Assembly: GCA_965655095.1 (NCBI GenBank)
Contig: OZ296652.1
Coordinates: forward strand, 4,030,001-4,094,000
Reading direction: 5' to 3'
Source: Haplodiscus bocki
Lineage: Eukaryota
Length of the DNA stretch: 64,000 bases
Part shown: in pieces, positions 11,199-24,300 of the stretch
Position numbering within the stretch: the first letter of the stretch is position 1
How the letters are laid out: every line of letters starts with the position of its first letter
Translations under genes and position numbers: made by a program
The notes under the pieces: generated by a model
Seen by the model: the letters and a program-made list of their open reading frames with translations, nothing else
Database searches by the model: none
Told to the model about the DNA's origin: nothing

Positions 11199-11979
11199 AC
11201 AACGCGAACCAGTAGATAGGTTTTTGCAGACTCAATTGGACACGTTAGAATGAATACACCCGTTTTAAAAGTGATAAAAATTATAGATTGTTTTTTAGAT
11301 GGTCATGGTGTTTATACTAGTAAATAGGTAACTTTTAAATTGAAAACCTAAGCTAACCTTTTCCACAATCTCACAGAGTTCTCCAAGGTTAATTGGTACT
11401 GCAATAGATTTAACCATCACAGCTAACATCAGAACACAAAAAGATAACTAACAAGTAAACAAATTCCACCATTTAACAGAGAAACAGAAAGTGAACACTT
11501 TTTTTTCTTTTTTTTAAATTAGGCGTTTTCAGGCTAAAACATGGCAAACCAGCTTCCAATCGAAGTTTCAAATAAGAGTTTCACACCGCGTTAAATTTTG
11601 AATTAAAAACTTTACCACGTCGTAAATTTTGAATTGGCAAAAAACAAGGCGTTTGACTTTGAAAAAAAATTGTTTTCGTCTTGTCAGTTTTCGAAAATTT
11701 CGCTTTTTGAGATGAAAGTTTAATTTTATTAGAGTTTGAACAAAATTTACGGCTGAAGAGTACGCTTGAACTCATTTTATTTTGTAAAAACGACAGAGTT
11801 TCCATTCTTCATGAGTTTTTGAAAAACATGATTTTGATGGAAAACTTTCCGAAAAAGAGAAGAGTTTAAAAGAAATTTTTCAAAAAAATCGTTTTTTGAA
11901 CAAGCTTTTTTCTTTCAAAAAATACAAATACAACGTGTTAGATCTCAAATTAAACTTTTTAAAACTTGTAATGGTTTGA

Positions 11980-13400
11980 TTTAATAAATTTCATCTCCTT
12001 TGATGTTAAAAACAAACATACCTTCACCACATGTACGTTTCACAACGTTTTCCTTCATACCACCAGGCAAAAAATTCGCCTATAATTTTTCCGTCGACTA
12101 AATAGTACCATTTGCCGTTAAAGCAAAAGTCCTTATGCTCATCTTCACTGGGATCTTGACATCCCGTTTCACTAGGGTGTCACATTTTTTCCCTATGGTC
12201 TTGATAAATGCAGTATCTAGTGCTACTTAGCGGAATATTGATTGCAAAACTGGAAAGTTTTCGCCCCACATATGTTGGACTGACTAATTTTTGGAACAAA
12301 AGATTGCAAACTGAAACACGTTAATAATAGTTTAGAGCAGAAAACATACACAGTAAAAATATTTCACTAAACTGGAACATTTTCTTGTATCTATCTATAA
12401 TCCAGAATACTCAGAATTTTTTTCTTGCGAAGGGGCAATTTTTCTCCGAAACCGGGCTGGTTTGGTCTCTTGGAGACTGGAGTTGTCAAAGGTGGAGGGG
12501 AGTTCTCCTTATTTTGCTCGTCGTTAATCAGAATTTGGCTCTCAACCAATCTCCTATCTCAAAATTCATGAAAACTGAAGGAGAAAGGGGAAGATTTGAA
12601 CCTAGTCAGAACACTATGTTCATTTTGAAGTCAGAATTCTGCCAGTGTTATTCAAAATCCTCCAGATAAGACACTTTATATTCACGTCTGTCCATGTTCT
12701 GTGCGGCCAAACTTGAAAGTACTTCAACCCGCATCTCCATAGTTCCTTGCTAGTTGCAAGTAGAAGGAAGTCGCGCCAGATGGTTGTTCAAAAACTTGTG
12801 TCTTTGTGAGAACAAGAAGCTCGAAGCTGCCGGAAGACCTTCTTGGTAACTTATTGTCATTTCCTGGACAAGATGATTTACAGTAAGAGTAACTGAACTT
12901 GATCCAAATTCAAGAGACCACTCAAAACCATCGTTGCAGACTGAAAAACGCACGTTGCTTTACTATAAACTGAAAGTGTAGAAAATCGGACTGGAAATGT
13001 TTTTGTGGATAACTGTATTAACCAATGGGGAGTGGACACGCATATGCCATTAACGGAATAATTTCTCCCTTTTTCTGGCACAGTATCGGTTGTGCTTGAT
13101 TATGATTGCCGGATAAATTTCTTCATGAAAGGAAATAGTTTTTCGTTTCCGTAACCGCGACTCGGCTTCTGGGCAAAACAATATGTACCATTTCCACCAA
13201 ATAGGGTTGTTGTCGGTTTTAGTGCAGTATTTGGACTATTAACCCTGTGAGAGCAGACTTTTCACAATTCAAAGTCGTAGCTTTTAGGTTTTTTGCTAGA
13301 TAAAAAGTAAGCAGACTTTTTGTTTGGGCGTGCTGGACAACACACATCTCCATGTTGTATTGAATTGATTTTGCGTCCCTTTGAAAAGGTAAAACTCTGT
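11980..13400 (-). pseudogene. Cluster of degenerate minus-strand ORF remnants, probably Polinton accessory genes
   Basis: Protein-like fragments TGCQDPSEDEHKDFCFNGKW, QILINDEQNKENSPPPLTTPVSKRP, GTMEMRVEVLSSLAAQNMDRREYKVSYLEDFE and SVNGICVSTPHWLIQLS, on the same strand as and contiguous with the other element-2 genes. No family identified. Confidence 0.4.
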
Positions 13401-13446
13401 GTCACACTTCAACAAGGATGAAAAATTTGTCGTTCAAAAAAAGTTC

Positions 13447-16400
13447 AGCGCACTTGACACCTGGAATTGCACTGAGGACACTCAAAATCAATTGCTCCGG
13501 GAGATTGAAAGTCTTTTTGTGCTCTCAAAACTTCTGAGGACAATTTTCGTTTGCACTGTACACAATCCCAAATAGTTCAAAATTGTTTTTTTTTGTCATA
13601 CTGATAATCAGGTTTGAATGTGCTACATATTGTAGTTGCTCACAATTTTTTCAAAGCTGCTTGCAACTTAAAATTGAGTATTGTACAGGTGGTGAATTTT
13701 GCGATGGTTAGTTTTGAAAAACTCTGTAAGTGTAAATTGATTAACTTGTAGTTCAATATTTTTGACGGTGATGAAACGAGATTTTTCGTTTTGAGAATGG
13801 AACGCAAAATGAATGAATCTTTTTGGATGCCCAATGATATCTTATAGTAATGAGTTTAGAAGTTGTCTTTTGACTTTGTAGATCAAAGTCTATTTTTAGA
13901 TTTGTGTTACATGTTGAAAAATTACCGAGTAACTCTTGCTACATATTGTCAGCCATTTTTCCTTTTGCATTGGTGGAGTCAATTTGCTACAAACTTAACG
14001 TTACTTTCAGAATAATATCTTTTGCTCCTATGACTCAATTGCCTTCAGTCAATTGCAACGAGAAAACTACGTGTGAGATATGTGGTTTCCGAACAACAAC
14101 GCGAAATTTTGCTGGTCACAAGAAGTGGACATAGACACATTTCGTCTTCAACAAAACCTTACAGGACAATAGAAAACTCTAATAAAATTTCAAATTGATT
14201 TTTGTGTGTCTCCAAATACGAGAATCCACGGGCCACTCAACCAGAAAAACCAATTTGTTTATTCTTCCCAGGCAATATTGCGCTCCTGAAACGTATACGC
14301 GCTTTGAGCAAACTGATAGTTGCTTTTGCCAAGAAGTTGAAGGAAATTTTCTGGGCGCAGAAACTCAGAGAACACATATTGTTAGGAAAGTAACACTTTT
14401 CCAAAAAATTTTAAAATGCTATGTTCTTGCCAATAATCACGCTTGATTGTGCTACAGGTCATAATTACTTTCAAATTTTTTAAATATGTTTGCAACGTGA
14501 TATCGGTTCTGGTAGAAGTGGTGAATTCAGCGGTGGTTTTTGTTGACGACTTCTGTAAGTTCGAATTGATTAGCGAGTAGCTAAATTTTTTTCGAAGAAA
14601 AATTCCCAAGTTTTGTTGTTTTCGAAACGAGAAGCTGAAGGAAATTTTTTATCTGAATGTTCAATGATAACTTTATGGTAATGAGTAAAGAGGTCGCCTT
14701 TCGACTTGGTGGATCCAATCCTAAATTTGAGTTTTTGTAATTGGACCTGTAAACACTAGCTTGCCTTATCAAACAATTCGAAAATATCCCTCAAAACTAT
14801 CTCATAAAAGTCTCTAATTGATTGTTATGTCTCTCCAAATACAAAATCTTTTCGCCAATCAACCAGAAAAACGAATTTGGTATTTCTTCCCAGTGAATGT
14901 TGCGCACCTGACACGTGGAGTTTTCATGAGGACACTAATAACCAATTCTTTTAGGAGATTGAAAGCCTTTTTGTGCTTGCGAACTTTCTCAAGACACATC
15001 TCGTTTGCACATTACACGATCCCAATTAGTTCAAAAAAGTTTTTTTTGTTAAACTGACATTCAGATTTGAATGTGCTTTATATCACAGTTGCTCACAATT
15101 TTTACATACCTGCTTGCAACTTAACATTGATTCTTGTGGAGGTGGTGAAATTCGCGATGGTGTTTTCTGAAAAACTCTGTAAGTGTAAATTGATTAACTT
15201 GTAGTTCAATATTTTTGACGGTGATGAAACGAGATTTTTTTGTTTTGAGAATGGAACGAAAAAATGAATGAATCTATTTGGATGCCTAATGATATCTTAT
15301 AGTAATGAGCTTAGAAGTTGTCTTTTGACTTTGTAGATCAAAGTCTATTTTTAGATTTGTGTTACATGTTGAAAAATTACCGGGTAACTCTCGCTACATA
15401 TTCTTAGCCATTTTTCCTCTTGCATTGGTGGAGTCAACTTGCTACAAACTTGACGTTACTTTCAGAATAACCTTTTGTGCTCCTATCACTCAATTGCCTT
15501 CAGTCAATTGCAACGAGAAAATTACGTGTGAGAAATATGGCTTCCGAACTACGACAAGAAATCTTGCTGGTCACAAGAAGTGGACATAGACATATTTTGT
15601 CTTCAACAACAAGACAATAGAAAACTCTATTAAAATTTCTAATTGATTTTTGTTTGTGTCCAAATACGAGAATACATGGGTCACTCAACAAGAGGAACCA
15701 GTTTGTTTTTTCATCCCAGGTATTATTGCGCACCTGACACGTATACGCGCTTTGAGCAAACTGATAGTTGCTTTTGCCACGAAGTTGAAAGAATTTTTCT
15801 GCGCGCAGAAACTCAGAGAACACATTTTGTTTGGAAAAGAACACTTTTCCAAGAAATTTAAAGATGCTCTGCTCATGCCAATGCTCACGCTTGAATGTGC
15901 TACACGTCATAAGTACTATCAAACCTTTCACATGTGTTTGCAACAAGATATCGGTTCAGGTAGAAGTGGTGAGTTCAGCGATGGTTTCTGTTGATGACTT
16001 CTGTAAATTCGAACTGATTACCGAGTAGCTCAATCTTTTGGAAGAAAAAGTCCAATGATTTGTTGTTTTCAAAACGAGAAGCTGAAGGAAATTTTTTATC
16101 TGAATGTTCGTTGATAACTTTATAGTAATGAGTAAAGAGGTCGCCTTTCGACTTGGTGGATCCAATCCTAAATTTGAGATTTTGTAAATGGACCTGTAAA
16201 CACTAGCTTGCCTTATCAAACAATTTGCAAATATCCCTCAAACCTATCCCATAAAAGTCTCCAATTGATTGTTATGTCTCTCCAAATACAAAATCTTTTC
16301 GCCAATCAACCAGAAAAACGAATTTGGTATTTATTCCCAGTGAAAATTGCGCACCTGACACGTGGGGTTTTCTTGAGGACACTAATAACCAATTCTTTTA

Positions 16401-19400
16401 AGAGATTGAAAGCCTTTTTGTGCTTGCGAACTTTCTCAAGACACATCTCGTTTCCACACTACACGATCCCAATTAGTTCAAAATTGTTTTTTTTGTCATA
16501 ATGACATTCAGATTTGAATGTGTTTTATATCGCAGTTGCTCACAATTTTTACATACCTGCTTGCAACTTAACATTGATTCTTGTGGAGGTGGTGAAAATC
16601 GCGATGGTGTTTTCTGAAAAACTCTGTAAGTGTAAATTGATTAACTTGTAGTTCAATATTTTTGACGGTGATGAAACGAGATTTTTCGTTTTGAGAATGG
16701 AACGCAAAATGAATGAATCTTTTTGGATGCCCAATGATATCTTATAGTAATGAGTTTAGAAGTTGTCTTTTGACTTTGTAGATCAAAGTCTATTTTTAGA
16801 TTTGTGTTACATGTTGAAAAATTACCGAGTAACTCTTGCTACATATTGTCAGCCATTTTTCCTTTTGCATTGGTGGAGTCAATTTGCTACAAACTTAACG
16901 TTACTTTCAGAATAATATTTTTTGCTCCTATGACTCAATTGCCTTCAGTCAATTGCAACGAGAAAACTACGTGTGAGATATGTGGTTTCCGAACAACAAC
17001 GCGAAATTTTGCTGGTCACAAGAAGTGGACATAGACACATTTCGTCTTCAACAAAACCTTACAGGACAATAGAAAACTCTAATAAAATTTCAAATTGATT
17101 TTTGTGTGTCTCCAAATACGAGAATCCACGGGCCACTCAACCAGAAAAACCAATTTGTTTATTCTTCCCAGGGAATATTGCGCTCCTGAAACGTATACGT
17201 GCTTTGAGCAAACTGATAGTTGCTTTTGCCAAGAAGTTGAAGGAAATTTTCTGGGCGCAGAAACTCAGAGAACACATATTGTTAGGAAAGTAACACTTTT
17301 CCAAAAAATTTTAAAATGCTATGTTCTTGCCAATAATCACGCTTGATTGTGCTACAGGTCATAATTACTTTCAAATTTTTTAAATATGTTTGCAACGTGA
17401 TATCGGTTCTGGTAGAAGTGGTGAATTCAGCGGTGGTTTTTGTTGACGACTTCTGTAAGTTCGAATTGATTAGCGAGTAGCTAAATTTTTTTCGAAGAAA
17501 AATTCCCAAGTTTTGTTGTTTTCGAAACGAGAAGCTGAAGGAAATTTTTTATCTGAATGTTCGTTGATAACTTTATAGTAATGAGTAAAGAGGTCGCCTT
17601 TCGACTTGGTGGATCCAATCCTAAATTTGAGTTTTTGTAATTGGACCTGTAAACACTAGCTTGCTTTATCAAACAATTTGAAAATATCCCTCAAACCTAT
17701 CCCATAAAAGTCACCAACTGATTGTTATGTCTCTCCAAATACAAAATCTTTTCGCCAATCAACCAGAAAAACGAATTTGGTATTTATTCCCAGTGAAAAT
17801 TGCGCACCTGACACGTGGGGTTTTCTTGAGGACACTAATAACCAATTCTTTTAGGAGATTGAAATCCTTTTTGTGCTTGAGAATTTTCTCAAGACACATC
17901 TCGTTTCCACACTACACGATCCCAATTAGTTCAAAATTGTTTTTTTGTCATACTGACATTCAGATTTGAATGTGTTTTATATCGCAGTTGCTCACAATTT
18001 TTACATACCTGCTTGCAACTTAACATTGATTCTTGTGGAGGTGGTGAAATTCGCGATGGTGTTTTCTGAAAAACTCTGTAAGTGTAAATTGATTAACTTG
18101 TAGTTCAATATTTTTGACGGTGATGAAACGAGATTTTTTGTTTTGAGAATGGAACTAAAAAATGAATGAATCTATTTGGATGCCCAATGATTTCTTATAG
18201 TAATGACTTTAGAAGTTGTCTTTTGACTTTGTAGATCAAAGTCTATTTTTAGACTTGTGTTACATGTTGAAAAATTACCGAGTAACTCTTGCTACGTTTT
18301 CTCAGCCATTTTTCCTTTTGCATTGGTGGAGTCAATTTGCTACAAATTTAACGTTACTTACAGAGTAATATTTTTTGCTCCTATGACTCAATTGTCTTCA
18401 GTCAATTGCAACGAGAAAACTACGTGTGAGATATGTGGTTTCCGAACAACAACGTGAAATTTTGCTGGTCACAAGAAGTGGACATAGACACATTTTGTCT
18501 TCAACAGCAGGACAAAAGAAAACTCTAATAAAATTTCTAATTGATTTTTGTTTTTGTCCAAATACGAGAATACATGGGTCACTTAACAAGAAGAACCAGT
18601 TTGTTTTTTCATCCCAGGGATTATTGCGCACCTGACACGTATACGCGCTTTGAGCAAACTGATAGTTGCTTTTACCACGAAGTTGAAAGACTTTTTCAGC
18701 GCGCAGAAACTCAGAGAACACATTTTGTTGGAAAAATAACACATTTCCAGAAATTTAAAAATGCTATGCTCTTGCCGATAATCACGCTGCAAATTGCTAC
18801 ACGTCATAAGTACTATCAAATCTTTCACATATGTTCGCAACGTCATATCGGTTCTGGTAGAAGTGGTATATTCAGCGATGGTTTTTGTTGATGACTTCTG
18901 TAAGCTCGAACTGATTAGCGAGTAGCTCAATATTGTTGAAGAAAAAATCCCAAGATTTGTTGTTTTCAAAACGCAAAGTTGGAGGACTTTGTTTACTTGA
19001 ATGTTCAATGATAACTTTATAGTAGTGAGTAAAGTGTTCGTCTTTTGATTTGGTGGATCCAATCCTAAACTTGAGTTTTTGTAAAGCACCTGTAAACATT
19101 AGCTTGCCTCATCAAAAATTTTGAAAACATCCCCCAAAATTATCCCATAAAAGTCTCCAACTGATTGTTGTGTCTCTTCAAAAACAAAATCTTTTCGCCA
19201 ATCAACAAAAAGAACGAATTTGTTATTTCTTCCCAGTGAAAATTGCGCACTTGACACGTGGAGTTGCCGTGAAGACACTAATAACCATTTCCTTTTGGGA
19301 GATTGAAAGTCTTTTTGTGCTTGCGAATTTTTTCAAGACACATCTCCTTTGCACATTACACGATCCCAATTAGTTCAAAATAGTTTTTTTTGTTATACTG

Positions 19401-21368
19401 ACATTCAGATTTGAATGTGCTTTATATCACAGTTGCTCACAATTTTTACATACCTGCTTGCAACTTAACATTGATTCTTGTGGAGGTGGTGAAATTCGCG
19501 ATGGTGTTTTCTGAAAAACTCTGTAAGTGTAAATTGATTAACTTGTAGTTCAATATTTTTGACGGTGATGAAACGAGATTTTTCGTTTTGAGAATGGAAC
19601 GCAAAATGAATGAATCTTTTTGGATGCCCAATGATATCTTATAGTAATGAGTTTAGAAGTTGTCTTTTGACTTTGTAGATCAAAGTCTATTTTTAGATTT
19701 GTGTTACATGTTGAAAAATTACCGAGTAACTCTTGCTACATATTGTCAGCCATTTTTCCTTTTGCATTGGTGGAGTCAATTTGCTACAAACTTAACGTTA
19801 CTTTCAGAGTAATATTTTTTGCTCCTATGACTCAATTGTCTTCAGTCAATTGCAACGAGAAAACTACCTGTGAGATATGTGGTTTCCGAACAGCAACGCG
19901 AAATTTTGCTGGTCACAAGAAGTGGACATAGACACATTTTGTCTTCAACAGCAGGATAAAAGAAAACTCTAATAAAATTTCTAATTGATTTTTGTTTTTG
20001 TCCAAATACGAGAATACATGGGTCACTTAACAAGAAGAACCAGTTTGATTTTTCATCCCAGGGATTAATGCGCACCTGACACGTATACGCGCTTTGAGCA
20101 AACTGATAGTTGCTTTTACCACGAAGTTGAAAGAATTTTTCTGCGCGCAGAAACTCAGAGAACACATTTTGTTCGGAAAAGAACACTTTTCCAAGAAAAT
20201 TAAATATGCTATGCTCATGCCAATGCTCACGCTTGAATGTGCTACACGTCATAAATACTATCAAACCTTTCACATGTGTTTGCAACAAGATATCGGTTCA
20301 GGTAGAAGTGGTGAGTTCAGCGATGGTTTCTGTTGATGACTTCTGTAAATTCGAACTGATTACCGAGTAGCTCAATCTTTTGGAAGAAAAAGTCCAATGA
20401 TTTGTTGTTTTCAAAACGAGAAGCTGAAGGAAATTTTTTATCTGAATGTTCAATGATAACTTTATGGTAATGAGTAAAGAGGTCGCCTTTCGACTTGGTG
20501 GATCCAATCCTAAATTTGAGTTTTTGTAATTGGACCTGTAAACACTAGCTTGCCTTATCAAACAATTTGAAAATATCCCTCAAAACTATCCCATAAAAGT
20601 CTCCAATTGATTGTTATGTCTCTCCAAATACAAAATCTTTTCGCCAATCAACCAGAAAAACGAATTTGGTTTTTATTCGCAGTGAACATTGCGCACCTGA
20701 CACGTGGAGTTTTCTTGAGGACAATAATAACCAATTCTTTCAGGAGATTGAAAGCCTTTTTGGGCTTGCGAACTTTCTCAAGACACATCTCGTTTCCACA
20801 TTACACGATCCCAATTAGTTCAAAATAGTTTTTTTTGTTATACTGACATTCAGATTTGAATGTGCTTTTTATCACAGTTGCTCACAATTTTTACATACCT
20901 GCTTGCAACTTAACATTGATTCTTGTGGAGGTGGTGAAATTCGCGATGGTGTTTTCTGAAAAACTCTGTAAGTGTAAATTGATTAATTTGTAGTTCAATA
21001 TTTTTGACGGTGATGAAACGAGATTTTTTGTTTTGAGAATGGAACGAAAAAGTGAATGAATCTATTTGGATGCCCAATGATTTCTTATAGTAATGACATT
21101 AGAAGTTGTCTTTTGACTTTGTAGATGAAAGTCTATTTTTAGATTTGTGTTACATGTTGAGAATTTACCGGGTAACTCTCGCTACATATTCTTAGCCATT
21201 TTTCCTTTTGCGTTGGTGGAGTCAATTTGCTACAAACTTAACGCTACTCTCAGAATAGTAGTTTTTGCTCCTATCACTCAATTGCCTTCAGTCAATTGCA
21301 ACGAGAAATTTACGTGTGAGTTATGTGGTTTCCGAACAACAACGCGAATTTTTGCTGGTCACAAGAAC
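13447..21368. repeat. Array block 1: five ~1.45-kb units (A + A' + B with ~1.04 kb deleted) plus a partial unit
   Basis: Junction spacings of 1455, 1445, 1453, 1444 and 1446. Each unit carries the deletion joint TTAGATTTGTG|TTACATGTTGA or a close variant. Confidence 0.95.
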
Positions 21369-24300
21369 TGGACAGAGACACATTTCGTCGTCAACAAAAC
21401 CTTACAGGACAATAGAAAACTCTAATAAAATTTCGAATTGATTTTTGTGTGTCTCCAAATACGAGAATCCGTGGGTCACTTAACAAAAAAAAGCAAATTG
21501 TTTATTCATCCCAGGGATTATTGCCCATCTGACACGTATACGCGCTTTGAGCAAACTGATAGTTGCTTTTGCCAAGAAGTTGAAAGACTTTTTCAGCGCG
21601 CAGAAACTCAGAGAACACATTTTGTTGGAAAAATAACACATTTCCAGAAATTTAAAAATGCTATGCTCTTGCCGATAATCACGCTCCAAATTGCTACACG
21701 TCATAAGTACTATCAAATCTTTCACATATGTTCGCAACGTCATATCGGTTCTGGTAGAAGTGGTATATTCAGCGATGGTTTTTGTTGATGACTTCTGTAA
21801 GCTCGAACTGATTAGCGAGTAGCTCAATATTGTTGAAGAAAAAATCCCAAGATTTGTTGTTTTCAAAACGCAAAGTTGGAGGACTTTGTTTACTTGAATG
21901 TTCAATGATAACTTTATAGTAGTGAGTAAAGAGGTCGTCTTTTGATTTGGTGGATCCAATCCTAAACTTGAGTTTTTGTTATAGCACCTGTAAACATTAG
22001 CTTGCCTTATCAAAAATTTTGAAAACATCCCTCAAAATTATCCCATAAAAGTCTCCAACTGATTGTTGTGTCTCTTCAAAAACAAAATCTTTTCGCCAAT
22101 CAACAAAAAGAACGAATTTGTTATTTCTTCCCAGTGAAAATTGCGCACTTGACACGTGGAGTTGCCGTGAAGACACTAATAACCATTCCCTTTTGGGAGA
22201 TTGAAAGTCTTTTTGTGCTTGCGAATTTTCTCAAGACACATCTCCTTTGCACATTACACGATCCCAATGAGTTCAAAAAAGTTTTTTTGTCATACTGACA
22301 TTCAGGTTTGAATGTGCTACATATCGTTGTTGCTCACCATTTTTTCATACCTGCTTGCAACTTAACATTGATTCTTGTAGAGGTGGTGATTTTCGCGATG
22401 GCTGTTTTTGAAGAACTCTGTAAGTGTAAATTGATTAACTTGTAGTTCAATTTTTCTGACGGTAAAGAAGCGAGATTTTTTGTTTTGAGAATGGAACGAC
22501 AAGTGAATGAATCTAATTGGAAGCTCAATTATCTCTTTATAGTAATGAGTTTAGAAGTTGTCTTTTGATTTTGTATATCGAATTCTATTTTTAGATTTGT
22601 GTAATAGAACCTGTAAAAACATGCTTGTTTCATCAAGAAAAAGAATATATCCCGCAAACTCTCAAAGAAACAATTGAGATATTTTTTGGAAAAACTCACT
22701 TCCTCTTGGAGGATTTAACGCGGCTCTGTCTTCAAATCGGCAGACTGGAAAACCTTGATTGCAAGAATCTTTTGGTCGGAGCTTCTGCTAACACGTTTTG
22801 TTCGATGCTGGGACTGCGAAATGTCGAAATTGATGTGGTAAAGTTAACTATTTCGGTTTGTTTCGTCCGAAAGCTCCGTTGGAATTTAATCGCAAAATGA
22901 ACTTAGTTTGGAAAAATTGAGAAAACTGCTTTTTGACAGACATCAATTAATTTTGGTCGGGAAACTTCGCAAAATTAATTCTCAGGTGGAGTAGCGGTAA
23001 ACGCGATGCAAATTGGTTAAGGGTTTCAATTTTCAGCGATGGCAACACTGGCAACGGCTTTAATGCGTTTGGTTGGACTTATTTACGCCTTTTTGGATAA
23101 AATAATTTGAAACTGTAGTTCAGTGGTTAGAAAGCTCAGATCACGTGATGTATTTGTTGGTGAGTACTGTCATGCAGGTCGTCGTAACAAAACTTTTAAC
23201 TCCCATACCACAATGGCTGTGCAAAGATCATTTTTTTCTTTCATCTTATGGATGTGTTCTGATTGAAAGTTGAGATGAAACTAAGAACATAAAGAAACTT
23301 AACTTTCTCAGTCAAGTTGTCTCATTGTCTAGGGATTGCGTTTCACTTGAATTATTTTCCAGAGAAACTTTCGCTTTATCGGGCGAATTCGTGCGACTCG
23401 ATTCAAATTATCAAACACACTGTCTGGGATAGTTAATTCACGAGATTCCTTTTTTCCGACCAACTGTCACCATTCAGAGGAAACTCGTTCCACTTGAATT
23501 GGTTTTACAGAAAGAGTTTTTTATCCAAAGAATTAGTATCTCAATTGTGTGTAGTTGGTTTTAAGATGAAAGAGAATAAAAGACAAGTCCTTTTATGGTT
23601 GGTCCTTCCTCTAGCGTTCGTGATTCCCTTTACGATCTTTTCGTACATGTTGAAAATTTACCGAAGAACTCTTGCTACATATTCTCAGCTATTTTTCATT
23701 TTGCATCGGTGGAGTCAATTTGCTACAAACTTAACGTTACCTTCAGAATAATATTTTTTGCTCCAATCACTCAATTGCCTTCAGTCAATTGCAACGAGAA
23801 AGTTACGTGTGAGAAATGTGGTTTCCGAACTACAAAACGTAATCTTGCTGGTCACGAGAAGTGGACATAGACACATTTTGTCTTCAACAACAGGACAATA
23901 GAAAACTTTAATAAAATTTCGAATTGATTTTTGTTTGTCTCCAAATACGAGAAGCCATGGGTAACTTAACAAGAAAAAAAATTTGTTTATTCATCCCAGG
24001 GCTTATTGCGCACTTGACACGTATACGAGCTTTGAGCAAACTGATAGTTGCTTCTGCCAAGAAGTTGAAAGAATTTTTCTGCGCGCAGAAACTCAGAGAA
24101 CACATTTTGTTCGGAAAATAACACTTTTCCAGAAAATTTAAATATGCTATGCTCATGCCAATGCTCACGCTTGAATGTGCTACACATCATAAGTACTCTC
24201 AAATCTTTCACAACTCTTTGGAACGTGACGTCGGCTCTGGTAGAGGTGGTGAATTTAAAGGTGAATATGTTTCACTATTTCTGTAAAATCGAACTGATTA

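Larger units (their letters stand above)
2649..11417. repeat. Tandem duplication, 2 x ~4.39 kb (2,649-7,032 and 7,037-11,417)
   Basis: TCGACGCCCTTGTTGAGCAAAA at 2,649 recurs at 7,037. Many ORFs repeat with an offset of 4,385 (5171/9556, 5278/9663, 5621/10006, 5981/10366, 6202/10587). Confidence 0.97.

Noticed and set aside
11575-11645. Two short TAAATTTTGAATT-containing repeats in AT-rich DNA
   Set aside because: Only two degenerate copies in low-complexity sequence, so no function can be assigned.
23130-23400. Palindromic E-box-like sites (ATCACGTGAT and related) in the B module of array units
   Set aside because: They lie inside the ancestral minus-strand coding region and recur only because the unit is repeated. 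There is no independent evidence of function.
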